64,000 bases of DNA from an uncultured Granulicella sp. (GCA_937873265.1 CALMVL010000072.1:2557-66556), one strand, 5' to 3'. Shown: positions 19,791-29,327, numbered from the stretch's first letter. Program-made: numbers and translations. The notes: a model not told the origin generated them from the letters alone.

Positions 19791-20672
19791 ATGGCGAATC
19801 AAGGACAAGCAACAGCGGTGCAGGCGTCTGCGGGTGGGACGTTTGCGTTGGGCGGTGACCTGACGGTGAACCGTTTGGGGTTCGGCGCGATGCGGATCAC
19901 AGGCGAGGGCATCTGGGGTGAGCCGAAGGACGAGGCGGAGGCAAAACGGGTTCTGCGGCGGGCGGTGGAGCTGGAGATCAACTTCATCGACACAGCGGAT
20001 AGCTATGGTCCTGAGGTGAGTGAACGTCTGATCGGTGAGGCACTTGCGCCATATGGCCAAGGAACGGTGATCGCGACCAAGGGCGGCCTGGTGCGGACGG
20101 GGCCGGGGCAATGGCTTCCGGTGGGCCGGCCGGAGTATCTGCATCAGGAAGTAGAAATGAGCCTGCGACGGCTGAAGCGCGAAACGATCGATCTGTGGCA
20201 GCTGCACCGGATCGATCCCAAGGTGCCGGTAGAGGAGTCACTTGGCAAAATCGCCGAGTTGCAGAAGCAGGGGAAGATCCGGCATGTGGGCCTGAGCGAG
20301 GTGAAGCCGCAGGAGATCGAGCGGGCGCAGAAGGTGGTCAAGATCGTCAGCGTGCAGAATCAGTACAACATCGGCGACCGGCGGCACGAAGACGTAGTCG
20401 ACTTCTGCGAGCAGCATGGGATTGCCTTTATTCCATGGTTTCCGGTGGCCGCTGGGAAGCTGGCGCAGCCGGGCGGACCTCTGGATAAGGCAGCGGAGCG
20501 GCACGGCGCGACGGTGAGTCAGCTTTCGCTGGCGTGGCTGCTCCATCGGAGTCCGGTCATGTTGCCGATTCCGGGAACGTCTTCGGTCGCACATCTTGAA
20601 GAGAACGTTGCCGCGGCTGGCGTGACTCTAAGCGATGCGGAGTGGACGGAGTTGGAGAAAGCTGCGCAGTAG
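19791..20672 (+). CDS. Aldo/keto reductase
   Basis: [64 protein letters not shown]. Confidence 0.95.
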   Translation: MANQGQATAVQASAGGTFALGGDLTVNRLGFGAMRITGEGIWGEPKDEAEAKRVLRRAVELEINFIDTADSYGPEVSERLIGEALAPYGQGTVIATKGGLVRTGPGQWLPVGRPEYLHQEVEMSLRRLKRETIDLWQLHRIDPKVPVEESLGKIAELQKQGKIRHVGLSEVKPQEIERAQKVVKIVSVQNQYNIGDRRHEDVVDFCEQHGIAFIPWFPVAAGKLAQPGGPLDKAAERHGATVSQLSLAWLLHRSPVMLPIPGTSSVAHLEENVAAAGVTLSDAEWTELEKAAQ

Positions 20673-20685
20673 AGAGAAGAGCGGG

Positions 20686-20725
20686 GCACAAGAGGAGTCG
20701 CTTGTCGGCTCCTCTTGTGTCTTTC
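20686..20725 (+). terminator. Intrinsic terminator after the AKR gene
   Basis: Stem GCACAAGAGGAGTCG / CGGCTCCTCTTGTGT followed by CTTT, 14 nt after the stop. Confidence 0.75.
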
Positions 20726-20934
20726 GAGAACGCGAGCAGGCGAGTGAAGCAGTGCTGCAGGGAGGTTCCGTTTAGAGAACGATGCGGCCGCGATCGCGGA
20801 TGGGTGAAGGGAGTTTTCGGGGCGCACTTTCCCGTTTTGGGACGGGCGTAAACCGGGAGTTGTGGGCCGGGACAACTTCTGCCGGGATGTTCGGGTCACA
20901 CGCAGTGGGATGATTTTTCATCCCGGAGGGCAGG

Positions 20935-21303
20935 ATGAGCAAGACACGAACGAGCTTTGCGGGCGTTTTGTTGCTGGGAGCGATGTCGCTGGGCGGGTGG
21001 CAGGTGGGACAGGCTCAGGGTGTTCCGCCGCCGGCGGCGTATGGTCCAGACTGGACCGCGCCGCGCGGGTACTCGGACTACTACCAAGAGAACGGGCAAG
21101 CGAACCTAGCAGCTCGGCAGGGTTACTCGGCGGGATTTGCGCAGGGCGAGTCGGATTCGCGGCTCGGTCATAGTTACCGGCCGACACACGACAACACCTA
21201 CAAGCACGTTCCGGACTCGCCGCAGAACATCAATCGCAATGAGTTCAAACATGTGTACCGGGAGGCGTTTGAACGGGGTTATGCGAAGGGATTTGGGCGT
21301 TGA
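20935..21303 (+). CDS. Small secreted hypothetical protein
   Basis: GGAGG RBS; signal peptide; Gly/Tyr motifs RQGYSAGFAQGESD and YREAFERGYAKG; downstream hairpin. Confidence 0.75.
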   Translation: MSKTRTSFAGVLLLGAMSLGGWQVGQAQGVPPPAAYGPDWTAPRGYSDYYQENGQANLAARQGYSAGFAQGESDSRLGHSYRPTHDNTYKHVPDSPQNINRNEFKHVYREAFERGYAKGFGR

Positions 21304-21327
21304 TCTTGCCGGCATGATGAAGCAATC

Positions 21328-21348
21328 GCGGGGCCTTTGAGGCCCCGC
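21328..21348 (+). terminator. Hairpin after the small secreted protein gene
   Basis: GCGGGGCC-TTTGA-GGCCCCGC; no U-tract. Confidence 0.45.
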
Positions 21349-21363
21349 TGATGTCTGCAGGAT

Positions 21364-21597
21364 GTGGGGAACGATAGTTCGTTCGTGGGATGGATCAGCA
21401 TCTGCTGCGATCGGTATCGTGCCGTGGTTATGAACGCTGATCGCGAAGTCGTCGACTGCTCGAAGCTACTGGAACAGGCCTGCCCAACGCGGGCCGATGT
21501 TCCGTTTTTCAACCACTGCATGCACCTGGCGCGCTCAATGGGCATGACCTGGGAGGAGGGATTGCGCTATGTGATTGAGCAACGCGAAGCTCGCTGA
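21364..21597 (+). CDS. Small hypothetical protein (start could be ATG 21431)
   Basis: Fills the gap between genes; C-terminal half looks helical (NHCMHLARSMGMTWEEGLRYVIEQR); no recognised family. Confidence 0.4.
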   Translation: MGNDSSFVGWISICCDRYRAVVMNADREVVDCSKLLEQACPTRADVPFFNHCMHLARSMGMTWEEGLRYVIEQREAR

Positions 21598-21679
21598 CGA
21601 ATTCACTCTACGGCTGAGGGCTGGAAGGACCAATGCAGGTGTCCGCCCGGTTTGCGCGGTAGCCGCGTTTGTCTCCCGA

Positions 21680-22336
21680 TCATTCCTGTGGGAAGGTGAT
21701 GACCATGACTTTGGCAGGCTGCTCGCCGGTACAGACGTAATGCCGCTTGGTTTTTGCGTCGATGCAGGCCACGTCTCCGGACGAGAGGAGCTGCTGTTCC
21801 GAGGTGGTTTGAAGGCAGAGTGAGCCCTCGAGGATGTAGATCAGTTCGAGGCCGCGGAACACGCGCGGAGTGAAGTCGCAGTGAGAACCGCCGGGGACGA
21901 ACTCAGCGAGGCAGGGTACCATGCGCCGATCGGGGACGAGGGCCCCGAGCGACTCAGAGATGAAGCGTGACTTGCCTTTGACATTGAGATTCAGGCGGAC
22001 GCGGTCCGATTTACGCAGAGTTCGCAGTGTCAGGCTTTTCTCCTGACGGAAGAAGTAGGACAAGTCCTTTTCGAAGACAAGGGCGAGTTTAGCCAGATTC
22101 CGGATCGTGGGAACGACCCGACCAGTTTCGAGCTGCGACAGAAAGGAAGCAGAGAGCCCGGTGCGAGTACCGAGTTCGACCAGGCCCATGGAGCGCTTCA
22201 GACGGAGTCGGCGAATGCGCTCGCCAATCAGCTTCTCGTCGATAAACTGTTCAACCTTATGCTCGTCAACGGTATCCACGCCGGCTTCCGCTTGTACCGC
22301 AGGCGAGATCTCCTCTTGCGTCTGTGTCTCAGGCAT
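21680..22336 (-). CDS. XRE-family HTH regulator with cupin domain
   Basis: IGERIRRLR...GLSASFLSQLETGRVVPTIRNL; C-terminal ELIYILEGSL cupin; AAGGA RBS. Confidence 0.9.
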   Translation of the reverse strand: MPETQTQEEISPAVQAEAGVDTVDEHKVEQFIDEKLIGERIRRLRLKRSMGLVELGTRTGLSASFLSQLETGRVVPTIRNLAKLALVFEKDLSYFFRQEKSLTLRTLRKSDRVRLNLNVKGKSRFISESLGALVPDRRMVPCLAEFVPGGSHCDFTPRVFRGLELIYILEGSLCLQTTSEQQLLSSGDVACIDAKTKRHYVCTGEQPAKVMVITFPQE

Positions 22337-22451
22337 TTTGAACTTTTCCTTTGTGTCCGCGCTCGGCTGGGACCAAGTATTTAGATGAGGCTAGCTCGCC
22401 AAAGGTAGGCGGGGTAGTTCGTTGCAACGGCTACTTGGATGCACGGTGGTA

Positions 22452-23177
22452 CTACGCGATGGGGGCGCTCGGAGGGCGGCGTCCGAAGATGGCAGTTCCG
22501 ATGCGGACGGTGGTCGAACCTTCTTCGATGGCGACGGTGAAATCGTTGGACATGCCCATCGAGAGCTCTATGAGGGTGGGCGAGGCTGGCTGGAGTCGAT
22601 CGCGGAGCAGGCGGAGCTGGCGGAAGTAGGGGCGCGCCGGTTCGGCTTCGGTGGACCAGGGTGGGACGGTCATCAGCCCGCGAAGCTGAAGCGACGGGAG
22701 AAGAGCGATGCTGTCGAGAAGTTCGGGGAGGAGATCTGGAGCGATGCCGTGCTTGGACTCTTCGTGGGAGAGTTTGACTTCCACAAGGATGGGCAGAAGT
22801 TTGCCGGTGCTGGTGGCGGCAGCGGAGAGCCGTTGCGCGGTTTTGAGAGAGTCAACGGTGTCGATGGACTGGAAGAACTCGGCGGCTTTCGCGGTTTTGT
22901 TACTTTGTAGCGGTCCGATCAGGTGGACCTCCAGACGATGCGGATCGTCTTTTCCAGCGGAGTCAAGCAGATGGAGCCGATTGAGCTTGGCGGCGAACTC
23001 CTGGACCCGGTTTTCACCAAAGAGGCGCTGGCCTGCGGCGTGGGCTTCGAGGAGGGTCTCGGCGGGATGAACCTTCGAGACGGCCATCAGTTGAACGTCT
23101 TCCGGGCGGCGGTCGGCGCGACGGCAGGCAGCGGCGATGTCGTCGTGAACACGCTCAAGATTTTCTGCAATGGACAT
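22452..23177 (-). CDS. yggS: PLP homeostasis protein YggS/PROSC
   Basis: LMAVSK, FGENRVQE, HLIGPLQSNK, GLMTVPP, LSMGMSNDF, GSTTVRIGTAIFG. Confidence 0.96.
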   Translation of the reverse strand: MSIAENLERVHDDIAAACRRADRRPEDVQLMAVSKVHPAETLLEAHAAGQRLFGENRVQEFAAKLNRLHLLDSAGKDDPHRLEVHLIGPLQSNKTAKAAEFFQSIDTVDSLKTAQRLSAAATSTGKLLPILVEVKLSHEESKHGIAPDLLPELLDSIALLPSLQLRGLMTVPPWSTEAEPARPYFRQLRLLRDRLQPASPTLIELSMGMSNDFTVAIEEGSTTVRIGTAIFGRRPPSAPIA

Positions 23178-23285
23178 GTCACCTTGAGTGTAGAGGGCGC
23201 GTGACGCCTGCGTGGGACGGGTGCGTTACCGGATTGCATCGAACGAGATAGCCGCTTCAGGCGGCGAAAGGGAGAATCGTGACGG

Positions 23286-23531
23286 ATGGCGAACCAAGAA
23301 GCGGGAGCAGGCACTGAGTTCAAGAAGCGGATCTCAGCGAGGAATCATCTCCGAGGAACCGTGGAGGAGATCGTTCTGGGGACGGTGACGGCAAAGGTAA
23401 GCGTGCGCGTTGGCCAAAACCTGATTGAGAGTGTCATCACGCGGCAGAGTGTGGAAGAGATGGGCATAGCGGTGGGCGACACCGTGACAGCACTGATCAA
23501 GTCGACCGAGGTGATGATCATGACGGAGTAG
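23286..23531 (+). CDS. Single TOBE/Mop-domain molybdate-binding protein
   Basis: ISARNHLRGTV, SVITRQSVEEMGIAVGD, ALIKSTEVMI. Confidence 0.9.
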   Translation: MANQEAGAGTEFKKRISARNHLRGTVEEIVLGTVTAKVSVRVGQNLIESVITRQSVEEMGIAVGDTVTALIKSTEVMIMTE

Positions 23532-23907
23532 GCCCCGAGGCTAAGGAGTAAGGGCGTTGCCGGGTCGGCGCACTGCCGTTCGGAATGGGGATCTCAGGCG
23601 GTGACGACGGAACGATACGAGTACTTCCGGGCGGGATGATCTCGGTGGTTGAAGGAATATCGGCTGACCCAGCTTCCGTTCCGGTTTGCGTTTCTGTAGC
23701 TCTAGACACGTTGGCATGGCGTCCCGGCCGTCGTTGACGATGGCCTCGGTGTTCGAGGTAAGGTGTTCTGGCCAGCGGCTGCGTACACGGCGAGCGTCTA
23801 GGCTTCCGGCTTGGGAGATTCGGCTCAGTTCGATCAAACGGTACGCACAGGGTAGCGGGAGCAGTTAACTTCCCAAGGCTAGCCTGAGCATACGCAGACG
23901 TTCGTGA

Positions 23908-24885
23908 TCAGCGGCCGTGATCTTCGAGGTACTTTTCGACTTCCAGGGCGGCCATGCAGCCAGAGCCGGCAGCTGTGATGGCCTGGCGGTAGCGGCGGTC
24001 CTGGATGTCGCCGCAGGCGTAGACGCCGGGGAGAACCTGGCCATTCAGGGTGCAGTAGACGTCGTTCTGGGTAAGGATGTAGCCGTCAGGATCGAGGTCG
24101 ATGAGGCCACGGAAGGCTTTCGCGTTGGGCTCGTGGCCGATGCCGAGAAACATGAACGAGATAGGGAGGGTGGATTCTTCGCCGGATTGACGGTTTTTGA
24201 GCCGTAGGCCCTTGACGTCCTTTTCTTCAACGCCGAGAACTTCCTCAACGGTGGTATTGGTCATGAAATCGATCTGCGGATGTGCGATCGCGCGCTCGAG
24301 CATGATCTTTGAGGCGCGGAACTGCTCGGAGCGATTGACGAGAGTCACCTTCTTGGCGAAGCGGGTGAGGAAAAGGGCTTCTTCCATGGCGGAGTCGCCG
24401 CCGCCGATGACGGCGATCTCTTTTCCCGAGGCGAAAAAGCCATCGCAGGTGGCGCAAGAGGAGACGCCGTAGCCGATGAGGGCCTGCTCGGACGGCAGAT
24501 TGAGCCAGCGGGCGGATGCTCCGGAGGCGATGATGAGGGTGCGGGTAAGAACTTCTTCCGAGCCGATCTGGAGACGGAAGGGAGGTTGGGAAAGGTCGAT
24601 TCTGTCGAGATGACCCATGCGGAGTTCGGCCCCGAAGCGAGTGGCCTGCTTTTTCATGTTCTCGATCAGTTCGGGCCCCTGAATACCGTCGGGCCAGCCG
24701 GGGAAGTTTTCGACGAGGGTGGTGATGGAGAGCTGGCCACCGGGCTCGTGGCCTTCGACGACAAGGGGTTTGAGGTTGGATCGGGCAGCGTAGATGGCGG
24801 CGGTTAGGCCGGAGCAGCCGGAGCCAAGAATGACGGTGTCGCGGATGAGAGACTGGGCGGCTGAGGTAGCGATGATCTCTGACAT
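23908..24885 (-). CDS. trxB: Thioredoxin-disulfide reductase
   Basis: GSGCSGLTAAIYAAR, GGQL, VENFPG, CATCDG, GGGDSAMEEA, YRQAITAAGSGCMAA. Confidence 0.97.
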   Translation of the reverse strand: MSEIIATSAAQSLIRDTVILGSGCSGLTAAIYAARSNLKPLVVEGHEPGGQLSITTLVENFPGWPDGIQGPELIENMKKQATRFGAELRMGHLDRIDLSQPPFRLQIGSEEVLTRTLIIASGASARWLNLPSEQALIGYGVSSCATCDGFFASGKEIAVIGGGDSAMEEALFLTRFAKKVTLVNRSEQFRASKIMLERAIAHPQIDFMTNTTVEEVLGVEEKDVKGLRLKNRQSGEESTLPISFMFLGIGHEPNAKAFRGLIDLDPDGYILTQNDVYCTLNGQVLPGVYACGDIQDRRYRQAITAAGSGCMAALEVEKYLEDHGR

Positions 24886-25297
24886 GATGGGCCTAACTAG
24901 TGTAAATGCGCGAGATCCGCAAAGGATTCAGCGGGCGGAAGATGCGCGGCGTGCGGAGGGTCGGTTTCTCGCCAACGGAGGTGGCCTTGGAGGCATGGCA
25001 GCTGATTCACCTAGGGGAAGACGAGTTGCCGGCAGGTCTTCGGGCTGTGGAAATGCGGACGTGGTGAGATTGCTCGGGGGTGCGTTTGGGTAAGCCGGTG
25101 CGGAGGAGCGTGTGACCGTCTCCATTCGGACCTGGGCTGGGTGATCGATTCCAGTGCTCGGCTTCGCGACAAGTGCGACGAACTATGGCTGTCGCAATGC
25201 TGAGGCTCGGTCTGCCGGATCGGACGGCGAAGACAGGCGCGGCTAGTCTGGATTTGGGGGTCTGAGCTTTTGAGCGGAGATGCGCGAGAATGGAAGA

Positions 25298-25498
25298 ATG
25301 GCGAATCTGACGTTGGTCTATGGCATGCGGCTGCTGCCGGCAGATGAGGTGGCAGAGGTGAGTGAGGCTCCGATTAAGCTGAAGAACGGTAACGAGGCGC
25401 GGGTAACGATGCACGTGCTTGAGGGGTCGCGGGAGCAGATTGAGGCGCAGTTGAAGCTGAGTCTCGATGCGTTTTTTGATCTGTATCCGGAGATCTAG
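25298..25498 (+). CDS. Small hypothetical protein
   Basis: MANLTLVYGMRLLP...TMHVLEGSREQIEAQLKLSLDAFFDLY; globular-looking composition and typical codon usage. Confidence 0.65.
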   Translation: MANLTLVYGMRLLPADEVAEVSEAPIKLKNGNEARVTMHVLEGSREQIEAQLKLSLDAFFDLYPEI

Positions 25499-25613
25499 CC
25501 CGGAGAAAGATAGTCGGACGACGACGTGCGGGGTTTGTTGCGGCGCCCGTATGAAGCCGGGCCGTGAGCAACGGCCTAGGTCGTTTCCGACGACAGATAT
25601 GCGGTCTCCATGA

Positions 25614-26183
25614 TCAAAGACGGACGCTCAGGACGAAATCGTCATGCAGGGTCGTTCCCACGAGGAACTGCCGCGTGCCGATGATCTCGAAGCCGTGCCG
25701 ATGGTAGAAGCTGATGGCGGCATGGTTCTGGCCGTAGACGCCGAGCAGCAGGCGGGGGGCGCGGAGTTGCCGGGCGCGGTCCATGGCCCACCGGAGAAGC
25801 GCACCGCCGCAGCCGTGTCCCTGAAAGCGGTGAAGCATATAAATTCGCTTAAGTTCGAGGTCGCGCGGTTCTGGGAGGACGGGGAGGTCGGGCGGGCAGA
25901 GGACGGCGTAGCCCACGGGGGCGCCGGTTGAGGTCTCGGCGAGGCAGCAGGCGGCCTCTGGGTGGGTGAGCCAGGCGGTGTAGATTGCTGGGGCATGCTG
26001 GTGTTGGCTGTGGAGGAGGATGTCTTCGCCGGTGAGGACGTGCGCGTAGCTTTCAAGGAAGGTAGAGCGGCCAAGGAGGGAGAGACGGTCGGCGTCGGCG
26101 GGGGTGGCTTCGCGGAGGTTTGGGAGCGGAAGTGGGGGTTCAGTGACCCGGGGTGCTTGGGGAAGGGAGGCTGAAGTTCTCAC
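25614..26183 (-). CDS. GNAT N-acetyltransferase (PaiA-like)
   Basis: ELKRIYML, FQGHGCGGALL, LLLGVYGQNHAAISFYHRHGF. Confidence 0.88.
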   Translation of the reverse strand: MRTSASLPQAPRVTEPPLPLPNLREATPADADRLSLLGRSTFLESYAHVLTGEDILLHSQHQHAPAIYTAWLTHPEAACCLAETSTGAPVGYAVLCPPDLPVLPEPRDLELKRIYMLHRFQGHGCGGALLRWAMDRARQLRAPRLLLGVYGQNHAAISFYHRHGFEIIGTRQFLVGTTLHDDFVLSVRL

Positions 26184-26353
26184 GGGCTGATTGTAAAAGA
26201 GACTGCCTCTGGGCTGGGAACGTCCGTAGGTGCCGGCTGAGGACCGTTGGGGAGGTTTCGTCCGTGCTCACCACTTACCGACACAGATTTTGGGGAAATA
26301 CGACTGGGTTGCGTCATACTCAGAGCTGCGTCGCCAGCGTTAAAGGAGCGCCT

Positions 26354-26935
26354 ATGCAGAGACCCGTGTCCGTTCCCATCTCCGTAGCTCGATTGCCACG
26401 TGTCGCCCGTGCAGGCCTAGGCGGCCTTTTGTCTGTGGTGCTGTCCGGTGGATGTCACTTCGCGCCGCCGGCGAACGTCAAAAACCTGCAAAAGGGAATC
26501 GAGCGATACCTGGCGGAACACCCGGATTGTTTGTATAAGCAGGCATTGCGATTTCCGTACGAGACCTCGTCGAAACCGGAGATAGCGCAACTGGACACGC
26601 TGGTGAATGCAAAGCTGCTGGAGCGGGGGACGGAGCCGGCGATCCATGTGAGCCGGTACTCGGTTTCAGACTACGGCGCGAAATCGGCGCCGCGGTTCTG
26701 CTATGGGTATCGAGAGGTGACATCGATCGAAAGCTTTACCGCACCGGCCAAGGGGAGTGATGGTTTTATCGAATCGCAGGTGACGTACAACTACAAGCTG
26801 CGGGACGTTCCGGTTTGGGCGAAGGATGCGGACGTGGAGAAGATGTTTTCGGATGAGGCGAAGGAGCTGACATCGGCAGCGCCGGCGACGTTGACTCTGG
26901 CCCAAACAGGAGCCGGGTGGCAGGTGCCGGAGTAG
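26354..26935 (+). CDS. Putative lipoprotein, hypothetical
   Basis: AAGGAG RBS before ATG 26354; hydrophobic stretch ending LSGGC (lipobox-like); two further Cys (DCLY, RFCYG). Confidence 0.65.
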   Translation: MQRPVSVPISVARLPRVARAGLGGLLSVVLSGGCHFAPPANVKNLQKGIERYLAEHPDCLYKQALRFPYETSSKPEIAQLDTLVNAKLLERGTEPAIHVSRYSVSDYGAKSAPRFCYGYREVTSIESFTAPAKGSDGFIESQVTYNYKLRDVPVWAKDADVEKMFSDEAKELTSAAPATLTLAQTGAGWQVPE

Positions 26936-26946
26936 CGGAGGCGGGG

Positions 26947-27429
26947 TCAGAAGACGGGGATCTTCGGCGCCTTGCGAATTCCGAGAACGTTGAAGTCCCG
27001 TAAGCGGCTTTTGAGCACGTAAATCAGGCGATTGTTACCGTTCGGGTCGGTGGGCATCATGAAAAAACCCTCGCCGAGAACGTGATCGTGCGTATTGCTG
27101 ATGAGACCCTCGATTGCCTCGCCGTCATGGAACCGCACACGGACCCAGAGACCTTCCATCACGGGGGCGTTTTCGTGAAAATGCAGAGCGCGATGGTTAA
27201 GGTCTCCGTCGAAGGTGCGAACAAAGAAGATCGCCTTCGCGTCGCGCACATGAACGTCTCGAACATCGCCGGACTCCGGGGATGTGAGCCGGATCGAGTC
27301 AAGCGGATGTTGCGGCGCATTGCGCAGAAGCTGCTCGACCGTGCCAAGCTCGCTGGCCTGGGCAAATCCGCGAATCGCGTGGTCCTCGAAGCGAACGACG
27401 ACTTTGTAGGTGACGGGTCCGCCTTGCAC
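26947..27429 (-). CDS. DUF6982-like hypothetical protein; GTG start inferred
   Basis: YKVVVRF...IRGF, AKAIFFVRTFDG, VRVRFHDGEAIEG, GFFMMPTDPNGNNRLIYV; begins 11 nt after the stop of the sigma-54 activator. Confidence 0.7.
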   Translation of the reverse strand: MQGGPVTYKVVVRFEDHAIRGFAQASELGTVEQLLRNAPQHPLDSIRLTSPESGDVRDVHVRDAKAIFFVRTFDGDLNHRALHFHENAPVMEGLWVRVRFHDGEAIEGLISNTHDHVLGEGFFMMPTDPNGNNRLIYVLKSRLRDFNVLGIRKAPKIPVF

Positions 27430-27440
27430 GCTGGCCGTCC

Positions 27441-28868
27441 CTAGGCTGCTCCTGGCGGCGATAGATCGTACTGCTTGATCTTGTAGAGCAGCGCCTTGTA
27501 ACTGATCTGCAGATCGTTTGCTGCCGCCTTCCGATTCCATCCGACACCCTCCAGGACCTGCTGAATTGCGCTTGCCTCTGCGGAACCCTTGAGGCTGCGA
27601 ACCATTTGCTTCAGACCACGGCCGCTGCTGCTATTGTCCATGCTGTGGGCGGAGACATGGTCGCCTACGGACCCCGGCATCAACTCTTCCAGGATGGCCT
27701 GCTCTTCACCAAGGACGAGGTAGCGGTTGATGACGTTTTCGAGTTCGCGGATGTTGCCGGGCCACGTGTACTCGGTCAGCGCGTGGGTGAGATCGGGAGA
27801 GAAGGTAAGCGGATCTCTGCCGTACCGCTTTGCGGCTTTTCGCATGAAGTAATCGGAGAGGACTGGAATTTCTTCCTTGCGATTGCGCAGGGCGGGAATG
27901 CTAAGGGTAAAGCCGTTCAGACGGTAGTAGAGGTCCTCGCGAAAGGTCTTTTGCGCCATCGCCTCTTTCATGTTGATATTTGTCGCGGCGATGACGCGGA
28001 CATCGACCTTCATGGGAGAGCGACTGCCCAGGCGCGAAAACGTGCCATCCTGCAGAACCTGTAGCAGCTTGGCTTGCAGTATGGCGGGCATCTCTCCGAT
28101 CTCATCGAGGAAGATCGTTCCCCCGGTACAGATTTCGAATTTTCCGGGTTTGGTCTTGACTGCGCCGGTAAAGGCTCCTTGTTCGTAGCCGAAGAGTTCG
28201 CTTTCGAGCAGATCGGCAGGCACGGCGGCGCAGTTAACCTTGAGAAAGGTGTGCTGGCTGCGCGAAGACATCTTGTGGGTGTAAAGCGCGAGGATTTCTT
28301 TGCCGGTTCCGCTCTCGCCGAGAATCAGGACAGGGATGTCGGCTCGGGCGACAAGGGACGCCTGCTGCTCGAGTTCGCGCATGCGTTTGCTGGAGCGGAC
28401 GAAGGAGTGATTCTCGGTGAGCGGAACTTCTTTGGGGGCTTCGGTCACGCTGCGACGCTCTGTCAGCGCGAGGTGTTCCTCCACGGCGGCTTCGACGTCG
28501 CTTCCCAGAAAAGGCTTCATCACGATGCCACGCACGCCGAGGCGAATCACCATTTCGAGATCCTTCAACTCAGCGGAGCAGGACAGGACAACAACGGGAA
28601 GTTGCGGTTTCGTGGTTCGGATGGAAGTGAGTAGAGGGAGGGGATCGCGGGTTGCGTGCAGGGCAAGAAGGAGAAGCTCGGGAGAGTCGCCATGTGCGAG
28701 ACGACTCAGGAAGAGTTTTTCGTCCGAGAAGCAATCAAGCTTGTACCGGCCTTCAAGAGTGGACTTCAGGTAGTCCAGTACGGCGATATCCGGCTCCAAG
28801 ATCATGACCTGAGCTGGGGATCGGCTTGGCTTGGCAGAGGCAGGTGAGAACGACAAAGTAGTGGACAT
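27441..28868 (-). CDS. Sigma-54-dependent enhancer-binding protein with atypical receiver domain
   Basis: GESGTGKE, ESELFGYEQGAFTGA, IFLDEIGE, FREDLYYRLN, WPGNIRELEN, Fis-type HTH (WNRKAAANDLQISYKALLYK); REC-like N-terminus; GGGAG RBS. Confidence 0.93.
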   Translation of the reverse strand: MSTTLSFSPASAKPSRSPAQVMILEPDIAVLDYLKSTLEGRYKLDCFSDEKLFLSRLAHGDSPELLLLALHATRDPLPLLTSIRTTKPQLPVVVLSCSAELKDLEMVIRLGVRGIVMKPFLGSDVEAAVEEHLALTERRSVTEAPKEVPLTENHSFVRSSKRMRELEQQASLVARADIPVLILGESGTGKEILALYTHKMSSRSQHTFLKVNCAAVPADLLESELFGYEQGAFTGAVKTKPGKFEICTGGTIFLDEIGEMPAILQAKLLQVLQDGTFSRLGSRSPMKVDVRVIAATNINMKEAMAQKTFREDLYYRLNGFTLSIPALRNRKEEIPVLSDYFMRKAAKRYGRDPLTFSPDLTHALTEYTWPGNIRELENVINRYLVLGEEQAILEELMPGSVGDHVSAHSMDNSSSGRGLKQMVRSLKGSAEASAIQQVLEGVGWNRKAAANDLQISYKALLYKIKQYDLSPPGAA

Positions 28869-29255
28869 GCGTGCTCCCTAAATGACTGGTTCGGATTCGC
28901 TGTCCGAAACTTGCCAGAGGCAAGAGACCAGATGAGGGTGAAGGTTGCGCCGGGTTGACCTCACAGTGCGGAGGCGATCGGATCGCTCCGGTGTGCTGGG
29001 GACGATTCTAGCCGGACGCACATCTGGAAAGGAACAAAAATGTTAAGTATTTTGCCGACGAAGGGTGGAAACATTTACCACTTTTCCAAATTGGGAAAGA
29101 AAGGCTCGACATCTTGCGGTCGCTTGGTCGGTGGAGAGGCTACGGAGCTGAACTGCGGCGTATGATGGCGTTGACTTCCTTCCAAGCAGACTTTGCGTGA
29201 CGAGTGCGAACCGTCATGTCCGCTCAGGTGACCCTTGGTTGGGACTAGGTACGAT

Positions 29256-29271
29256 TGGCGATCTACGTGCA
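29256..29271 (+). promoter_or_regulatory. Candidate sigma-54 (-24/-12) promoter of the second activator gene
   Basis: TGGCGATCTACGTGCA: GG at 29257-58 and GC at 29269-70 with canonical 10-nt spacing, 57 nt upstream of ATG 29328. Confidence 0.5.
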
Positions 29272-29327
29272 CGGACGAAGGGTGCTGTAGCGCTCTTGTT
29301 TTGTTTGACGACTTCTACTCTTAGGAT

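Noticed and set aside
26915-26935. C-terminal WQVPE as a PEP-CTERM signal
   Set aside because: A stop codon follows immediately, with no TM helix or basic tail; the downstream DNA belongs to the convergent gene.
28250-28420. FleQ-type c-di-GMP-binding motifs in the pseudo-receiver activator
   Set aside because: By eye, the LFRS position reads ENHS and the RN pair after Walker A reads LY, so there is no sequence support for FleQ-like binding.
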